The position numbers and the translations under genes are program-made. From Chiloscyllium plagiosum (Eukaryota): a stretch of DNA of 64,000 nt. Under the pieces are notes generated by a model. The model was not told the DNA's origin, searched no databases, and saw nothing but the letters and a program-made list of their open reading frames with translations. Below are positions 12,885 to 26,763 of the stretch, piece by piece. The DNA is taken from contig NC_057755.1 in the NCBI RefSeq assembly GCF_004010195.1, positions 12,594,986 to 12,658,985 of the forward strand, in the 5' to 3' direction. The number at the start of each line of letters is the position of its first letter. Within the stretch, counting starts at the first letter, position 1.

Positions 12885-15270
12885 CGTAGAGTCAGAGTCA
12901 CAGATTCTTATAGCATGGAGCCAGGCCTTTTGGCCCAAACTGGTCCATGCCAACCAAAATGTCCATCCACCCTAACCCTATTTTCCTGCACTTGGCCCAT
13001 ATCCTTCTAAACCTTTCCTATCCATGTCTTTGTCCAAATGTCTTTTAAATGTTGTTAACGTACCCACCTCAACCACTTCTTCAGCTGGCAGCTCATTCCA
13101 TATATGAACCACCCTCTGTGTAAAAAAAGGTTGCCCCTCAGGTTCCCATTTATTCTTTCCCCATTAACCTTAAACTGATGTCCTCTAGTCCTTGATTCCC
13201 CAACCTTGGGAAAAAGACTGAGTGCATTCATCCTATCCATGCCTCTCATGATCTTATACACTTCTATAAGATCCCCTTCAGTCTCCTACGCTCTAAAGAA
13301 AGAAGTCGTAGCTTATGCAAATTCTCCCTATTGAATCTCCCTCAGACCATCGAATCCAGACAACAACATTGTAAATTTGTTCTGCACTCTTTCCAGTTGA
13401 ATAACGTCCTTCCCATAATAAGGTGACCAAAACTGAAAACCGTATTCCAAGTGCAGCTTCACCAATGTCCTGTACAACTGCTGTAAAACTTCCCAACTTG
13501 CACACCCAGTGCCCTGACTGATGAGGGACAGTGTGCCAAAAGTTGCCTTCACTGCCCTGACTACCTGTGACTCCACTCTCTGAGAACTGTGAACCTGAAC
13601 TCCACGATCCCTCTGTTCCACTACACTCCTTAAGGCCCTACCATTCACCATGAAACTCTGACTTTAATTTGACTTTCCAAAATGCAAGACCTCACACCTA
13701 TCTATATTAAGTTCCATTTGCCATTTCTCGGCCCACTTCCCCAGCTGATCAAGGTTCTACTGCAATTTCTGATAACCTTCCTCACTGTCCGTGATATTGC
13801 CTATTTTAGGGTCATCTGCAAACTTGCCAATCATGCCTGGTACATTCTCATCCAAATCATTGATATAGATATCAAACAGCAATGGGCCCTGCACCAACTT
13901 CTGAGGCACACCACTGGTCACAGACCTCCAGTCTGACAAGTATCCTTCCGCTATTATGCTCTGCTTCCTACCATCAAGCCAATTTTGTATCCAGTTTGCC
14001 AGCTTCCCTGGATTCCATGTGATCTAACCATCCAGAGGAGCCTACCATGTGGAACTGTGTCAAAGGCCTTACTGAAATCCATGTAGATTATGTTTACCAC
14101 CCTATCCTTCTCAATCTTCTTGGTTGCTTCATAAAAGAACTCTAACAAACTTGTGAGGCATGATCTCCCACACACAAAGCCAAGCTGACTATCCTAATCA
14201 AACCCTGACTTTAGGGTGTAGGTTTGCTCGCTGAGCTGTAGGTTTGATAACCAGACGTTTCATTACCTGGCTAGGTAACATCATCAGTGGCAACCTCCAA
14301 GTGAAGCGAAGCTGTTGTCTCCTGCTTTCTATTTATATGTTTGTTCTGGATGGGGTTTGATAGATGGTATTTAGATCTGAAAATGAACAGGAAATGACAT
14401 CACCACAAACCCCAAGGACTTCATCCAGGAGAAAGATATAAATAGAAAGCAGGAGACAATAGCTTTGCTTCACTTGGAGTTCACCACTGATGATACCTAG
14501 CCAGGTAATGAAACGTCTGGATATCAAACCTACAGCTCAGCGAGCAAACCTACGCCCTAAACCTCAACCTGAGCTACAAACCTTCACAAACCTTGCAAAT
14601 CTTGACTTTCCAAATGCATGTGTATCTTAGAATTTTCTCAAGTAATGTACCCTACACAGATGTTAAGCTTACTGGCCTATAGTTCCCAGGCTTTTCTTTG
14701 CAGCCCTTCTTGAACAATGCAACAAGATTCACTCCCGTCCAGTCTTCCAGGATCTCACCCCTGGCTAACGATGATGCAAAAATATCAGCTAAGGCCCCCA
14801 ATTTCTTTTCTTGCCTCTTGCAGTGTTCTTGGATATATCGGGCCAGGACCAGGAGATTTATCCACCATCATACATTCTAATATATCCAACACCATCGCTG
14901 ATCTGATCTGTCCCCAAGATATCACCATTAATGTCCCCAAGTTCCCAAGTCATCATGTCTTTCTCCGCGATAAACATAGAGGAGAAATGTTCATTGAGAA
15001 CCTTGCCTATCTGCTGCGGTTCTACACGTACGTGCCCTCTTTGGTCCTTGAGGGGCCCTATTCTCTCTCTATTTATTCTTTATCCTTTTAATATATTAAA
15101 GTACCTTTTTGGATTTACCCTAATCTTCTCAGCCAAGGCTTTTCACCCTCCTGATGTCCTTCTTCCGTAAACTCCTGTTTGCCCAATATACCTCCAGGAA
15201 TTCCCTTGAACCCAGCTGCCTGTACCTGGGCCATCCCGCCTCCTTTTTCTGGTCAAAGCCTCAATATCTG
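12885..15270 (-). mobile_element. CR1 LINE ORF2 (RT) relic, frameshifted
   Basis: SCLTSLLEFF...IYMDFSKAFDTVPHGRL; WRSVTSGVPQ...GPLLFDIYINDLD...KFADD; YKIMRGMDR tail motif. Confidence 0.9.
14213..14596. mobile_element. Inverted Penelope terminal-repeat element (family 3) nested in CR1
   Basis: Inverted arms; TSD aaaccctgacttt/aaatcttgacttt (14200-14212, 14597-14609); hammerhead cores at 14251-14290 (minus) and 14484-14520 (plus). Confidence 0.8.
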
Positions 15271-16519
15271 TGTAGAGTTCTTTGCCATAGGTGTTGGAAC
15301 AGAATCCATCCATTTTCTGAAAAGAGATCGGAGGCGTGCTTCAGGAATAGGAGCATTAATGACCAGGGGAATAGGATTATGTTAATCAAATCCTTGGGAA
15401 AAGTACTAGCCTCAAATTCCCAGTTTCTGTGCACTTATACTGGATGATACTGTGATTTGCATATTTGCCTCTCGCTGTGTCACAGAAGAGGTGTCCACCA
15501 TTGTAGAAGCTACCATATTAAACTTTTGTACTCATGAGTAACTTTTATTTTAGTAAAGACCACAAGAATATAAAACCATTGGGCTGTGGAAATCCGTGTC
15601 TTTTTGTCTAATTTCTACTTTAAGAACTGATACTGACCGAAGATGGTACTCACCTGGTAACTTAGCTATTTCAACACAACCCAATTATGATAATTGTTCA
15701 TTCTAATTAATTAGTGGTCTCAGCTAATGCAATCATTGCTGTCTTCTACTTCTATATCCTTTTTAACTCAATGTTCACTCTGTGTGTTATCTTGGTGGAA
15801 CCCAGCCTGACTGACATGCCACCAGAATTGAAACATTTTGGAATCTGTTAATTTATTTAAAGCCAAAGTAATGAGGAAATGCTGCCACTTTATAAGTCGT
15901 TACCCTATTTGGTCCCCGGATTCCCTGACAAGAAATAAGTGTTGGGTTAGCTCAGTTGGATTGATGCCTGGGTAGTGATGCCAACAGCATGGATTTGATT
16001 CCCACACTGTCTGAGGTTACTTCCAATCCTGCTCCCCTTCGCGTGCTTCTTTGAGAGAGCAGCCCTTTGCATCTCTTGAGACTATAGTGACGTTTTTTTA
16101 ACAAAAGAAACTGGATGATTGAGGAATTGGATTATGAATAGCATTGATAGAAATTGGGCTTGTTCTCATTGGACTAGAGGAGATTCAGTGGTGATAATAA
16201 TGGCTGATTTTATGATTCTAAAGAGGTCTGTAATGTTTTATATTGTCCAGATTAGTAGAACTAGGGGACAGAAATGAGGTGAATTGGAAATGAAGTTTTA
16301 GAACTATTTCAATGAAGAGAGGTCTGTCTATGTGGAGAAAAGAAACCCACTCGCTTAACCTGCCTATAATCCTTCTGCAGACTCTTTTAAAGAAACAGTG
16401 GAGGAAGATAGTGTTGAGTTAATTGAAAATAATGAATTAAGTTTCTTTAGAAAAGAGCAATTTAGGATACTATATGTGATAAATTGAGACGTGCCTGGGT
16501 GAGGGTAAAGTACTTGGGA

Positions 16520-19500
16520 GGAGCTGCTAACTTGAGGCCTCTAAGGGGTGAATCCAAGCCCTTGAAAAACAGGTCCGTAATTTGACTGACTTACTTTAAT
16601 TGAGCAAGTTGACAATGTCGAGAATAGGGGCAGGAGGAAGAATGTTCATGCCAGAGGGGACGGAAGGCAGTTAGTGAGTTTTTGGAGAACTGGCTGCAAC
16701 GATTCCTTCACTTAAAAGCTGAAGCAAGGCGGGTGAAGATTGAGACAGCTCATCAGGTTACGGCGCGTAGATTAGGCTTGGACCAGTGCCCTCACCCTGT
16801 CCTTGTGCGATTTCATAATTATGGGGCTGAACAAAGAATTATGGAAGCTTCCAGGACCCAGGGGAAAGATCCAATGTCTTTAACTCATGAAGGCTCCAGG
16901 ATTATGTTCTTTCATGACTTATCAATGGCAGTGATTCAGAAAAGGAAGTCTTTTGATGAGATCGAGAGAAGGCTAAGGGAGCTCTGGATTCATTATACTT
17001 TATGGTACCCAACGGTGCTCCGTATTGCTTTCAACGGATCGACACACTCATTTGACCCAACACAGAAAGCGGAAAAACTTTTTGGACACATTAAAGTAGG
17101 CTGGATGCTTTGAATATAGATAATCATGTTTCCTTCTTGAAGGAAGGAAGATTTTTGGATTACTTGAGACATGGTTGAGGGCAGCCGAGACGGCATACTT
17201 TGATAGACCCTCAATGACTAAGCTACAGAGAATTACAGCACTTTGGTCCATGTTGAATTCCATACTCTCATAGACAGCCAAGAGGGAACTTGATTTTGCA
17301 AAACAAAAGCTGTTTGAGTCTGGTGATAAGCCAGGCAAATATTTAGCATATCTTGCCAAGAAAAAGAGACCCCCCCCCCCCCCCCCCCCCAAAGCCATTT
17401 CCTCAATAAGGACTGGGATCCTTACCTGCAATTCCAAAAAGATTAATGCAATATTGCGGAAATTTTTCCTCAAATTATATCCAGCTGAGTATTGAGAGGA
17501 TAGAGGGGTTAAGGTGGAGTCTTTGTTTTCAAGAACTTGGATTTTGGATAACCCCTGAACAAACGCCTTGTCTTAATGCCCCTTTGTCAGTGCAGGAGGC
17601 TGTGAAGCAGCTTCAGAGCGGAAAGGCACTCGGTGCTTACGGCCTTCCTCGTGAATTTTATAAAGTATTTATAAACATAATGACAGGGCTGATGGTTAAC
17701 ATGTTCATTCCACCACTTGTACAGTCATGACTGCCTTCCACCATCCTTAAGAGAGGCTAATATCTCTCTTATCCTTAAGAAAGGGAAGACCCTGGAGGAT
17801 TGTGCTTCTTATAGGCCCATCACATTTTTAGATGTTGATTTCAAAATCCTGTCCTAGACCCTTGCATCAAGGCTGGAAACTGTGCTGCCTTCCATTGTCA
17901 AAGAGGACCAGATGGACTTTATAAAGGGCCACAGATCTTCCAATAATTTGTTAGGAGATTACTCAATGTAATTCAAACTTGTCAACAACAATCTGTACAG
18001 GGACTAGTGATCTCCATCAATGCAGGAAAGGCATTTGATCGGGTTGAATGGCCATATCTCTTCTATACTTTAGAATGGATTGGTCTAGGCCAAGTTTATA
18101 TTAAATGGATGAGGCTCCTTTATAGCGATCCTCTGGCCACGGTTCTCTCCAATAGTGTGTGATCCAGTAATTTTAATGTTCCTAGGGGGAGTCAACAAGG
18201 CTGTCCCCTTTCGCCATTGTTGTTTACGATTATTGAGCCACTGGTGGAGACCATTGGTAGGGACCCTGACACATCTGCCTCAGAAGTGGGATTAAAGTCA
18301 CAATAAGATTACATTGTGTGCGGATGATGTTGTTGTCTTGTTGTCAAATCCAGCAGTTTCAGTACCTGACCTGATCCAATGTATCAATTCGTTTGGTCCC
18401 TTTTCACGCTATAAGATTAATTTTACAAAGTCAGAGGCCATACCTGTGGGAGGTCTTGGGGAAATACCTGATGCTGAGGGTGAATCCCGATTTCCCTTTA
18501 AATGGTCGCAAGGGGGTTTTCTTTATTTAGGTATATGTCTTTGATCATCTATTTAAAACGAATTTTACCCCACTGGGGTAATGGATTCTGGGTTTAAACT
18601 GTGGGCAGCTTGGATGACTTATTTGAGGGAGAAGCAATGATGTCCTTTGATCAAATAACTCGTAATACGCACTACCCAATAGAAACCTCTCTTTTTTTCA
18701 GACCTTTTTTTTACAGATCAGGGACTTTATTCAAAAAACAATCACACTTTTAACAGACCATTACAGATCCGATTTGGAGAAGAGGGTGTTTAGTGCCAAC
18801 AACACACTCTCTGTCAACACTCTTTATCATCTGTTGGAGAGTGGCCCCTCGGACAAAACTTGGTGACTTTGTGAGGTCTGGGAGAGAGAGCTAGGGGTTG
18901 AGATCTTCTTGGAGTCATGGGAGGATGTTTGTGAAAATACAGGAAGAATTTCAATGTGTAATAGGACCCGTGCCTGTGAAGATTATTCATAGTGCCCATC
19001 TGGCCCCAGATCTTCTCTCAAAACTCAAAGTGGGATTATCTTCAATATGTCCCAAATGCAGAATGGCTACGAGCACCCTTACTCATTGCTTGTAGTCCTG
19101 CCGTAGGTTTCGTACATATTGGAGTGCAGTGTTATGCGTGATGGAGAGGATCTTAGGGACTGAATTGGAGATGGAACCAGTTTCTTTTCTCCTAGGGCTG
19201 TTCAGAGTGTTTAAACCTCCCTGGGTCTATCAGGTTGGCGTAAGCTAGTCATGGAGCATATCCCTTTAGACTTTCTCATGAGTATAATGCACCAGAAAAC
19301 TGAGGATTTTAGTAAGAAGTGACAGCCTTTTTTGGATTACCTAGATACAGACATATCTGTCACTCGAATAAGGGCTTTTATATAGCCATGATGATCTTGT
19401 CTAATAAATCTAATATCCTGAGAGGAAGAATTACGAACATATGAATGTATATTCGTTAATGCTGTCAAAGATCAAGAGCTACTCTTTTGTTCCGCATAGA

Positions 19501-19690
19501 GATATACAGCATGGAAACAACCTTCGGCTCAAATTTATTTATTGTTATTTTTCTTCTATCTGTTTATTCCTTTGTTTTGTGTGTGTGTGTATATATGCAC
19601 ATGGGTGTAATCTTGTTCAGTTGGCATTGTTTCTTTAAGTTGTATTGTTGTTGGTTTATTATAATATTAAAACATCTTTTCTCAAAAAAA
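16520..19690 (+). mobile_element. L1-clade LINE relic (ORF1 C-half plus RT and C-terminus; endonuclease deleted)
   Basis: ORF1 motifs IETAHQV, PVLVRFHNY, IMFFHDLS, LWYPTVLRI; RT motifs RGSQQGCPLSPLLF and ADD; CPKC zinc knuckle; A-rich 3' end. Homologous to 60095-64000. Confidence 0.88.
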
Positions 19691-21012
19691 TTTTTAAATA
19701 GAAACTTCATCCTGTTTTGTTTACTCTTTGGCAAATTTAATTACATGTAATTCGTGGTTTAGTTGGACTGTAAAGATGTTTTAAAATGTAGTTTATGTCC
19801 TTGCATTGTATATGTTTAACCAGAAAAAACATTTCCTGGAGTATGGTGCCTTCTAGTTTGTAGATATGCAGTCAACAATTGTTTACATTTCAAATGAGCA
19901 GGTTTGCATCGTGCACTGAAAGAAGCCCCTCAGACTCAATTATGTTCTCATTTAATATATGATCTTCAATTCACATTGATCACCTATACCTATTTGTCTG
20001 CAAATGGGTTTGGGAGGGTGATTTTCATAATTCAATTTTACTATTTTTATGTGAAATGCTGACAGCTTAGACATAACTACGTGTGAATGAATAATACTTG
20101 CAAAGTGCTGAGTCACTATGCTGTTACTCCTGTGAAGGAAATTTGAAAGGAAGTGTTTGAGTTGAAGAGAGGACAATTAGCTCACTGTCTGCTTTCCTTA
20201 ATTCATTGGAAGCTGATGTGATTACAATTACTGCTGCCATAGATTCTTGAAGTGGCTGTCAAATTAATAACTGGAACCTTCACCATTTGCACAATTACAT
20301 AATTGGGTAGTGTTGGTTCTTCTGAGTGCTGACTTGTGTAATGATCTGTTTGCTGCAGTGTTCTTTTTCCCCATCCTGCTATTAACAAGGTCAATATTTG
20401 GTAGCAAGCCAATAAAATCTGTGATCTCTGAGAAAAGCAGCAGTTTAGGAGAGAGCGACTTGTAGTTTGATTCCTGTAGCCATATTGCTCATTTGATAAT
20501 TTGATGTTCCAGGTACCGCTTGTGGTTATACTTTGATAACAAAGTACATATGGAAATGTACATATGGTACATCTATTCAGTTATGTTTTCAGATTAATTC
20601 CTTGCAATATCTTCTTAGGCAAGGCTTCAAAATTAATTTTGAAGAGTTTTCAAAGATCTCCAACGCATTTATTTGACATACTCCCTAGTATAAATTCAAG
20701 TGAGTTCCCATTACCATAGCACACCTCACTACATTTCTTTCCTTGCTCCCTTTTATGGGAACTATCATTTTACCCCCACAGATACTAAGCATGAGATTTA
20801 TGCTGCTCTTTTCTATTATGTTGATTTTTGGGCTTGGAAAGTTTGCAGAAGATATTTGTGAGAATGGTAACAGGAGCTTTGTAACAGGGAGGGACCTGAG
20901 AAGTGGGGATTATTCTCAATAGAGCAGTAAAGACTGTGGTGATTTAATACCAGTCATTCTGTATAATGTGTGTTTTGTTAACGCGAATTCGCTATAACAC
21001 GATTGCCAAGTT

Positions 21013-21845
21013 GGGGATGGTTGCTAACAGTTGTATAATGTTCAGCACCATTTGTGACTTCTCGGATACTGAAGCTGTCCATGTTCAAATGCAAACAGGA
21101 TCTGGACAATATCCAGGCTTGGGCTGACAAGTGACATACAAATGTCAGACAATGACTATTCCCAATGAGCGAGAATGTAACCACCACCTTGACATTCAGT
21201 TGTGTCACCTTGAGATTACCATTGACCAGAAACTCAACTGATCTCCCTACATAAATACAGTGGCTACAAGAGCAAGGCAGAGATTAGGAATACGGAGGCG
21301 AGTAACTCACCCTCCGGACTCCCTAAAGCCTGCTCATTATCTACAAGGCACAAGTCAGGAGTAAGATGGAATACTCCTCGCTTGCCTGGACGATGCAGCT
21401 CCAACAACACTCAAAAAGCTTGACCACCATTCAGGAAAAAGCAGCCCATTTGATTGGCACGTATGCACAAACATCCACTCTCTCCACTACTGACGCTCAG
21501 TAGCAACAGTGTGTACATTTTACAAGATACACTGCAGTAATTGATCAAAGACCTTTAGATAGCACCACCTTGCAAATCCACAACCATTTTCATCTAGATG
21601 GGAAAGGGCAGCAGACATAGGGAACCTACCATCTGCAAGTTTCCCTCGAAGCCATTCACTATCCAGACTTGGAAACTATATCACCATTCCTTCAGTGTCA
21701 TTGAGCCAAATTCTTGGAATTCCCTCCCTAATGGAATTGTGGCTCAACCTACTGCATGTGGACTGCAGCTGTTCAAGAAGACAGCTCACCTTCTCAAGGG
21801 CAAGTAGGGATGGGTAATAAATGCCCATATCCTCTGAATGAATCA
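21013..21845 (+). mobile_element. L2/CR1-group LINE 3' fragment
   Basis: Degenerate MFADDCTMF-like start and IYKAQVRSKMEY motif; same family as 170-860 and about 33000-33260. Confidence 0.7.
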
Positions 21846-22560
21846 CAGAATGATTACAGCACAGAAGGAGGCCATTCACCCAGTCATACCCAAAGCCAGT
21901 CTCCTGTCTTTTCCCTTTTTCATGCACATTGTTTCTATCTAAATAAGGTGGGACTAGATTGGGTTGGGATATCTGGTCGGCATGGATAGGTTGGACCGAA
22001 GGGTCTGTTTCCGTGCTGTACATCTCTATGACTCTTGAATGCCTCGGTTGAACCTGCTTCCACCACATTTCCAGCTGTTGCATTCGATACCCAAAGGTTT
22101 TGCTGTGTGAATAAGTTTGTTTTTCTCATTTCACCCTTTTGTTTGTACATCACTTTAAATCTGTGACCTCTCATTCTTTTTGATTTGCGAGTGGGAATAA
22201 CTTCCCCAGTGTACACCTTCTATCCTACCCCTTTCCCTCTTCCTGATTCTAATCTTTGGTTCATGTGTCCATAAAAGATTTTGAATATCTCTATCATATC
22301 TCCTCTTAATCTTCCCTTCTCCAAAAAGTGCAGACCAATTTCTTCTGTCTACAGAACTGAAGCCCCTTATCCCAAGAACAATTCCCATGAATCTTTTCTG
22401 CACTTTCTCTAATGGTTCCCATCTACCTGACCTACCTGACCAGCGCCACCAGATGCAAAAATGTGGTCTTGAAATTGCTGACATTTGACTTAATCACAAG
22501 CAAGTTAGAAACTTGTTTTGCTCTATATAAATTATTCTGGCTTTCCTTAATTCATATTTG

Positions 22561-22924
22561 GAGAAAATGAATCGATGTCGATATCACCAGTTTCCTCCTC
22601 TCCTCTCCCCTCCCCTCCACTTTATCCCAGATCCAACCATCCAACTCAGCACTGTCCTCTTCAAATGTCCCACCTGTCCATCTCCCTCGCCACCTATCCT
22701 TGTCCACCCTCCACTCCGACCTATCACCATCTCCCCCACCTTCACCCATCTATCGCATTCCCGGCTACCTTCCCCCCTCCAGCCACACCCCTCCTCGCAT
22801 TTATCTCTCAGCCCCCTTCGGTACCCCCAACATTCCTGATGAAGAGCTTATGCTCAAAACATCAACTCTCCTGCTCCTTGGATGCAGCCTGACCAGCTGT
22901 GCTTTTCCAGTGCCACACCTTTCT
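22561..22924 (+). mobile_element. Penelope 3' terminal fragment (family 1)
   Basis: Matches 8430-8770; TSD taattcatatttg/taattcacatttg; degenerate hammerhead core at about 22836-22860. Confidence 0.8.
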
Positions 22925-23288
22925 AATTCACATTTGTTCAGGTGACTGTCAATTTTGTCCTGAGTTAGTTTCTCAAGGTTTGGAAGCTGACAAATACTTC
23001 ATTCAAAGAATCACTAAAGTTTACTGTGAAATGCAGCTATTTTCTGAACATGCAGGATTCTGTATGTTTAAAGATATTCACCTCGGTTTCATAGGAATGG
23101 ACTTAGACTATTCAGCCATGAGGCTTATTCTACCACTTCATGAGAACAAAGCTGATCTGTGACCTAGTTCCATATCACATCATTTGCTTTATATTCCTTT
23201 ATCTTTGGATAACACAGATGTCATCAATCTTTGATTTAAATTAGCAATTGGTCAAGATTGAATTGCTCTTTTGTAGAAGAGAGTTCCA

Positions 23289-23403
23289 GCTTATCGCCAT
23301 TCTAGTCTGAAACCATCTGATCTTATCTGATCTGAGAAGCTAATCAGGTTCAGGCCTGGTTAGTACTTGGATGGCGACTGCGTGGAATGCACATGCCGTA
23401 GGA
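23289..23403 (+). pseudogene. 5S rRNA-derived sequence (pseudogene or SINE3-type head), near full length
   Basis: gcttatcgccat...tgatctgagaagctaatcaggttcaggcctggttagtacttggatggcgactg...gccgtagg aligns along the whole vertebrate 5S rRNA, including box A and box C. Confidence 0.88.
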
Positions 23404-23459
23404 TATTTCTGCTAGCGGTGGCTGCTCACATCATCCCTCTCCACCTGTGTTCTCTATTT

Positions 23460-23586
23460 GGGCCTCTGTAGCACAGTGGTAGCAGACCTACCCCTGGACT
23501 GGGAGGCCTAAGTTCAAGTCCTGCCTGCTCCTGAGGTGTGCAATAACATCTTTGTTGATTAGAAAAATACAATAAATAAAAATTTA
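23460..23586 (+). mobile_element. tRNA-derived SINE module with A-rich tail
   Basis: A box TAGCACAGTGG (23469-23479), B box GTTCAAGTCC (23512-23521), tail aaaaatacaataaataaaaa. Related copies at about 26141-26208 (minus), 26455-26525 (plus) and 32004-32965 (minus). Confidence 0.7.
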
Positions 23587-23789
23587 AAGGGAGTTCTAAA
23601 CTTATACCAGTCTTTGTATTTTCTTCTAATACATTCAGCGTGTTAAATTCAGAAATTATAACCTTGGATGCAGTTTTGGTTTTCTGTCATGGATATTTGT
23701 GTCTTACTTTTAGGAAAATTACAGGGAGAGATAATCTATTATAAAGGATTTGATTATTAGTAATTGAATGAGGGGGCAGAGTTAACATG

Positions 23790-24915
23790 AATGTAGGATG
23801 GGGATGTCCTGTTTGATGAACCTGAGTTTCTTGAGGATGTTACTAGAAAAGTCAATAAGTAGATGAAAAGGCTTCTGATAAAGTCCCACGCCGCGTATTA
23901 GTAAGCACATTTAAAGCACATGGGATTGAGCGTAATAAAGTAGGATTGAGGATGGACAGAAAGCAGGAAGTAGCAATAAGTAGGTCATTTCAGGATGGAA
24001 AGCTGTGACAAGAAGAATACCAAAAGGATCAGTGTTTCCTCCCTACTGTTGACCATCTGTATTTTGATGTTGGAGTGAATGCAAGATTGCCAAGTTTGCA
24101 GATGACACTAAACATGGGAATTTGATTGCGAGGGGGATAGAGAGAGGCAGGAAGGCAATTTAGACAGACTAGTGAATGGGCAAGTGCATGTCTGATGGAG
24201 TATAATGGGGGGAATTGTGAATTTATCCACTTTGGTAGGAAAAATGAAGGTGCAGAATGTTTCTTAAATTATGCAAGATTGGAAAGTGTTTCTGTCCAAA
24301 AGGACCTCGATTATCCTTGTTCATTAGTCACTGAAATTGCAGCAATGAATGTTAGCCTTATCACAAGAATTTGAGTACAGGATTAAATATGTCTTCAATT
24401 GTGTTGAACATTTAGATCATGTGCGGTTCTGGTCCCTTTGCCTAATGAAGGGTACAGTCGCACGCAAGGGAGTAATGTGTATGTTTACCAGTTTGATTCT
24501 TGGCATGGTGGGAATTTTGAGGGAAGGCCTATATTCTCGAGTTTAGAAGATTAAAAAATTATCTCTCAGAAACTTGCAAAGTTCTTAAAGGGATTGACAG
24601 AATAGATACAGAAATTATGTTTCCCTCACTGGGTAAGAGGAGTTTAGAACCGGGCACACAACCTTAGAATTAAAGACAAGCTATTCAGGACTGAGGTGAG
24701 GGGGAACTTTTTCATTCAAAGTGAATTGTTTTTTTACTTCAGAGGGTTGTGCAAGTTCTATCATTAAGTAAGTTCAAGGGAGATTGATAGATATCTAGTT
24801 ACTAGTGACATCAAAGGATATGGGGATATATGATACTAAGGTAGATAATCAGCCATGATCTAGAAAGGCAGAACAGGCTTGTGGGATTGAATGGCTTGCT
24901 CCTGTTCTGTGTTCC
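23790..24915 (+). mobile_element. CR1 LINE RT to 3' fragment ending about 90 bp before exon 3
   Basis: Degenerate PKGSV and KFADDTK motifs; CR1 3' end gaatggcttgctcctgttct. Confidence 0.75.
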
Positions 24916-25004
24916 TCCTGGATTTCCTGATAACAAATTCCTCTTAAGATATTTTAACTGGTAGACACTCTAACCACAGTTTTTGCTTCTGATATTTACT
25001 ACAG

Positions 25005-25153
25005 AAAAGGGAGACTTTGTTGCTCTGGATTTAGGAGGCTCCAGTTTTCGCATTCTACGTGTAAAAGTGTCTTGTGAGCGACAGCAGAAGGTGGAGATGG
25101 AAACCCAGATCTACCCCACACCAGAGGATATCATGCACGGCAGTGGTGCACGG
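25005..25153 (+). CDS. HK1: Hexokinase (HK1-like) exon 3, 149 bp
   Basis: Boundaries acag|AAAAGG...GCACGG|gtatgg. Encodes (E)[49 protein letters not shown]. Length and phase match vertebrate HK exon 3; [12 protein letters not shown] is the HK1 N-half signature. Confidence 0.95.
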
Positions 25154-25357
25154 GTATGGGTTATTGCATTCACTTTTATAAATTTATTTGAAATGATACT
25201 TAAGGGAGAACCACATCGCAGAATAAATTGTCTTCAGTTGTAACATTTTGCAGCTAAATGCCAATCTTTGAAAAAGCCATCTATTTAATCCCACGCTCTT
25301 GTCTAATTAAGTCACTCCTGCATAGTTCAGGTAATGATGAAATACACAATTTATGCA

Positions 25358-25500
25358 AAAAACAGAAAGAACTGCAGATGCTGGAAATTTGAAATAAAAT
25401 CAGAAATTGCTAGAAAATCTCAATGTCTGGCAGCATCAAGTGGAAAGAAATCAGAGTTAATGTTTCAGATGCAGTGACCCTCCATCAGAACTCCTTCAGA
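25358..25500 (-). mobile_element. Penelope-type terminal repeat (family 4); second copy at about 55390-55480
   Basis: Reverse complement contains agttCTGATGGA...GAAACATTaact, a degenerate hammerhead with an AGTT/AACT stem; direct repeat aatttatgca on both sides. Confidence 0.55.
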
Positions 25501-26527
25501 GCATAATTTATGCACTTCAGTGATGTGACTGTCTTTAAAGTGTGCAAATAACTACAGTAATTAAAATTATGCTAATATAAGTAGGGAGTCACTTAATAAG
25601 GTAGAAGAATCATTAATGTAAAATTGCTGCTGAGAAGTTAAGCTTGAGATGAATTTACACTTTTGTTTGAGCATTGAATGATTTGCAGCAGGAAAGTTTG
25701 AGACATATCATTGCATCTTTTTAAGGAGAAAAGTAGCTAAATTTTTGAGAGAAAGAAAGCCATCAGGAGAGTGTCGGGTTAGTTGTGGATTGCTCTAATA
25801 CAGAATCAACATTGCCACAATCAATCTGAAATGACTCCTTGACTGCAAATCATAATTGGCAGCAAGAAAACTAAGAGGGAGAACCTGGGAGGCAAAACCC
25901 TCACACTGTTGACATTTCACAGAAAACCTGTATGTGCAAGTCTTCTGTTCAGATTTCCAGTCAGCTGAATGAGCGGCGACACAAATAAACTGTTATCACA
26001 AGCAACATTTGGCCCAGGAGCATAGTTTCCAACTCGAGCAGTCAGGCAGATCCTTCAATTCACTTCTGGTCTGATTGGAATGGTGGAGAGTCCCAATCTT
26101 GACTAATTACTTCTATTTTATAATCAACCCATTGAAAAATATCATCTCACGTCTGGAGTAGATGGGATTTGAACCCGGGAAGTAGGGATCCTACTGCTGC
26201 ACCACGTGATCCCTTCTGATTGATCAGAGCCAAACCCTTTTACTGGGAACAGGAGTTTAATATAGGTGCAAGACAAAGCTTACTGCTTCTAAAAATACAA
26301 AATCTTTTGAAAGAAAAAAAGGAGACTCTGTGAGTAAGTGATTCTTCATTTGTATAACAATGTTTTCCAAACTTTCGCTGGTTACAACATTGGTTCCAGC
26401 AGCCCTCTGATCTGTTACCTAAACAGTTGCACTCTGTCTGAGAATTACATGGCTAGTATTTCCGGGTTCAAGTCCCACCTGCTCCAGAGGTGTACATTAA
26501 CATCTCTGAACAGATTAGAAATACAGG

Positions 26528-26751
26528 CTGAGGTGGGGTACTGCAGATTAGAGTCAAGATTAGAGTGGTGCTGGAAAATCACAGCAGGTCAGGCAGCATC
26601 CGGAGGAGCAGGAAAATTGATGTTTCAGGTAAAAGCCCTTCATTAGGAATGGTGATGCCTTCCTGATGAGGGGCTTTTGCCTGACACATCAATTTTCCTG
26701 CTCCTGGGATGCTGCCTGAGCTGCTGTGCTTTTCCAGTACCACTCTAATCT
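26528..26751. mobile_element. Palindromic Penelope-derived element (family 1)
   Basis: Inverted arms; 16 bp direct repeat agattagaaatacagg at both ends. Confidence 0.8.
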
Positions 26752-26763
26752 AGATTAGAAATA

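Noticed and set aside
23289..23403. Functional 5S rRNA gene
   Set aside because: It is a single copy with many substitutions and small deletions, lacks an immediate T4 terminator, and is embedded in a TSD-flanked insertion.
1..25004. HK1 exons 1-2 or an alternative first exon
   Set aside because: No MIAAQLL or VKMLPTFVRS-like coding sequence with splice sites was found; they probably lie upstream of the window.
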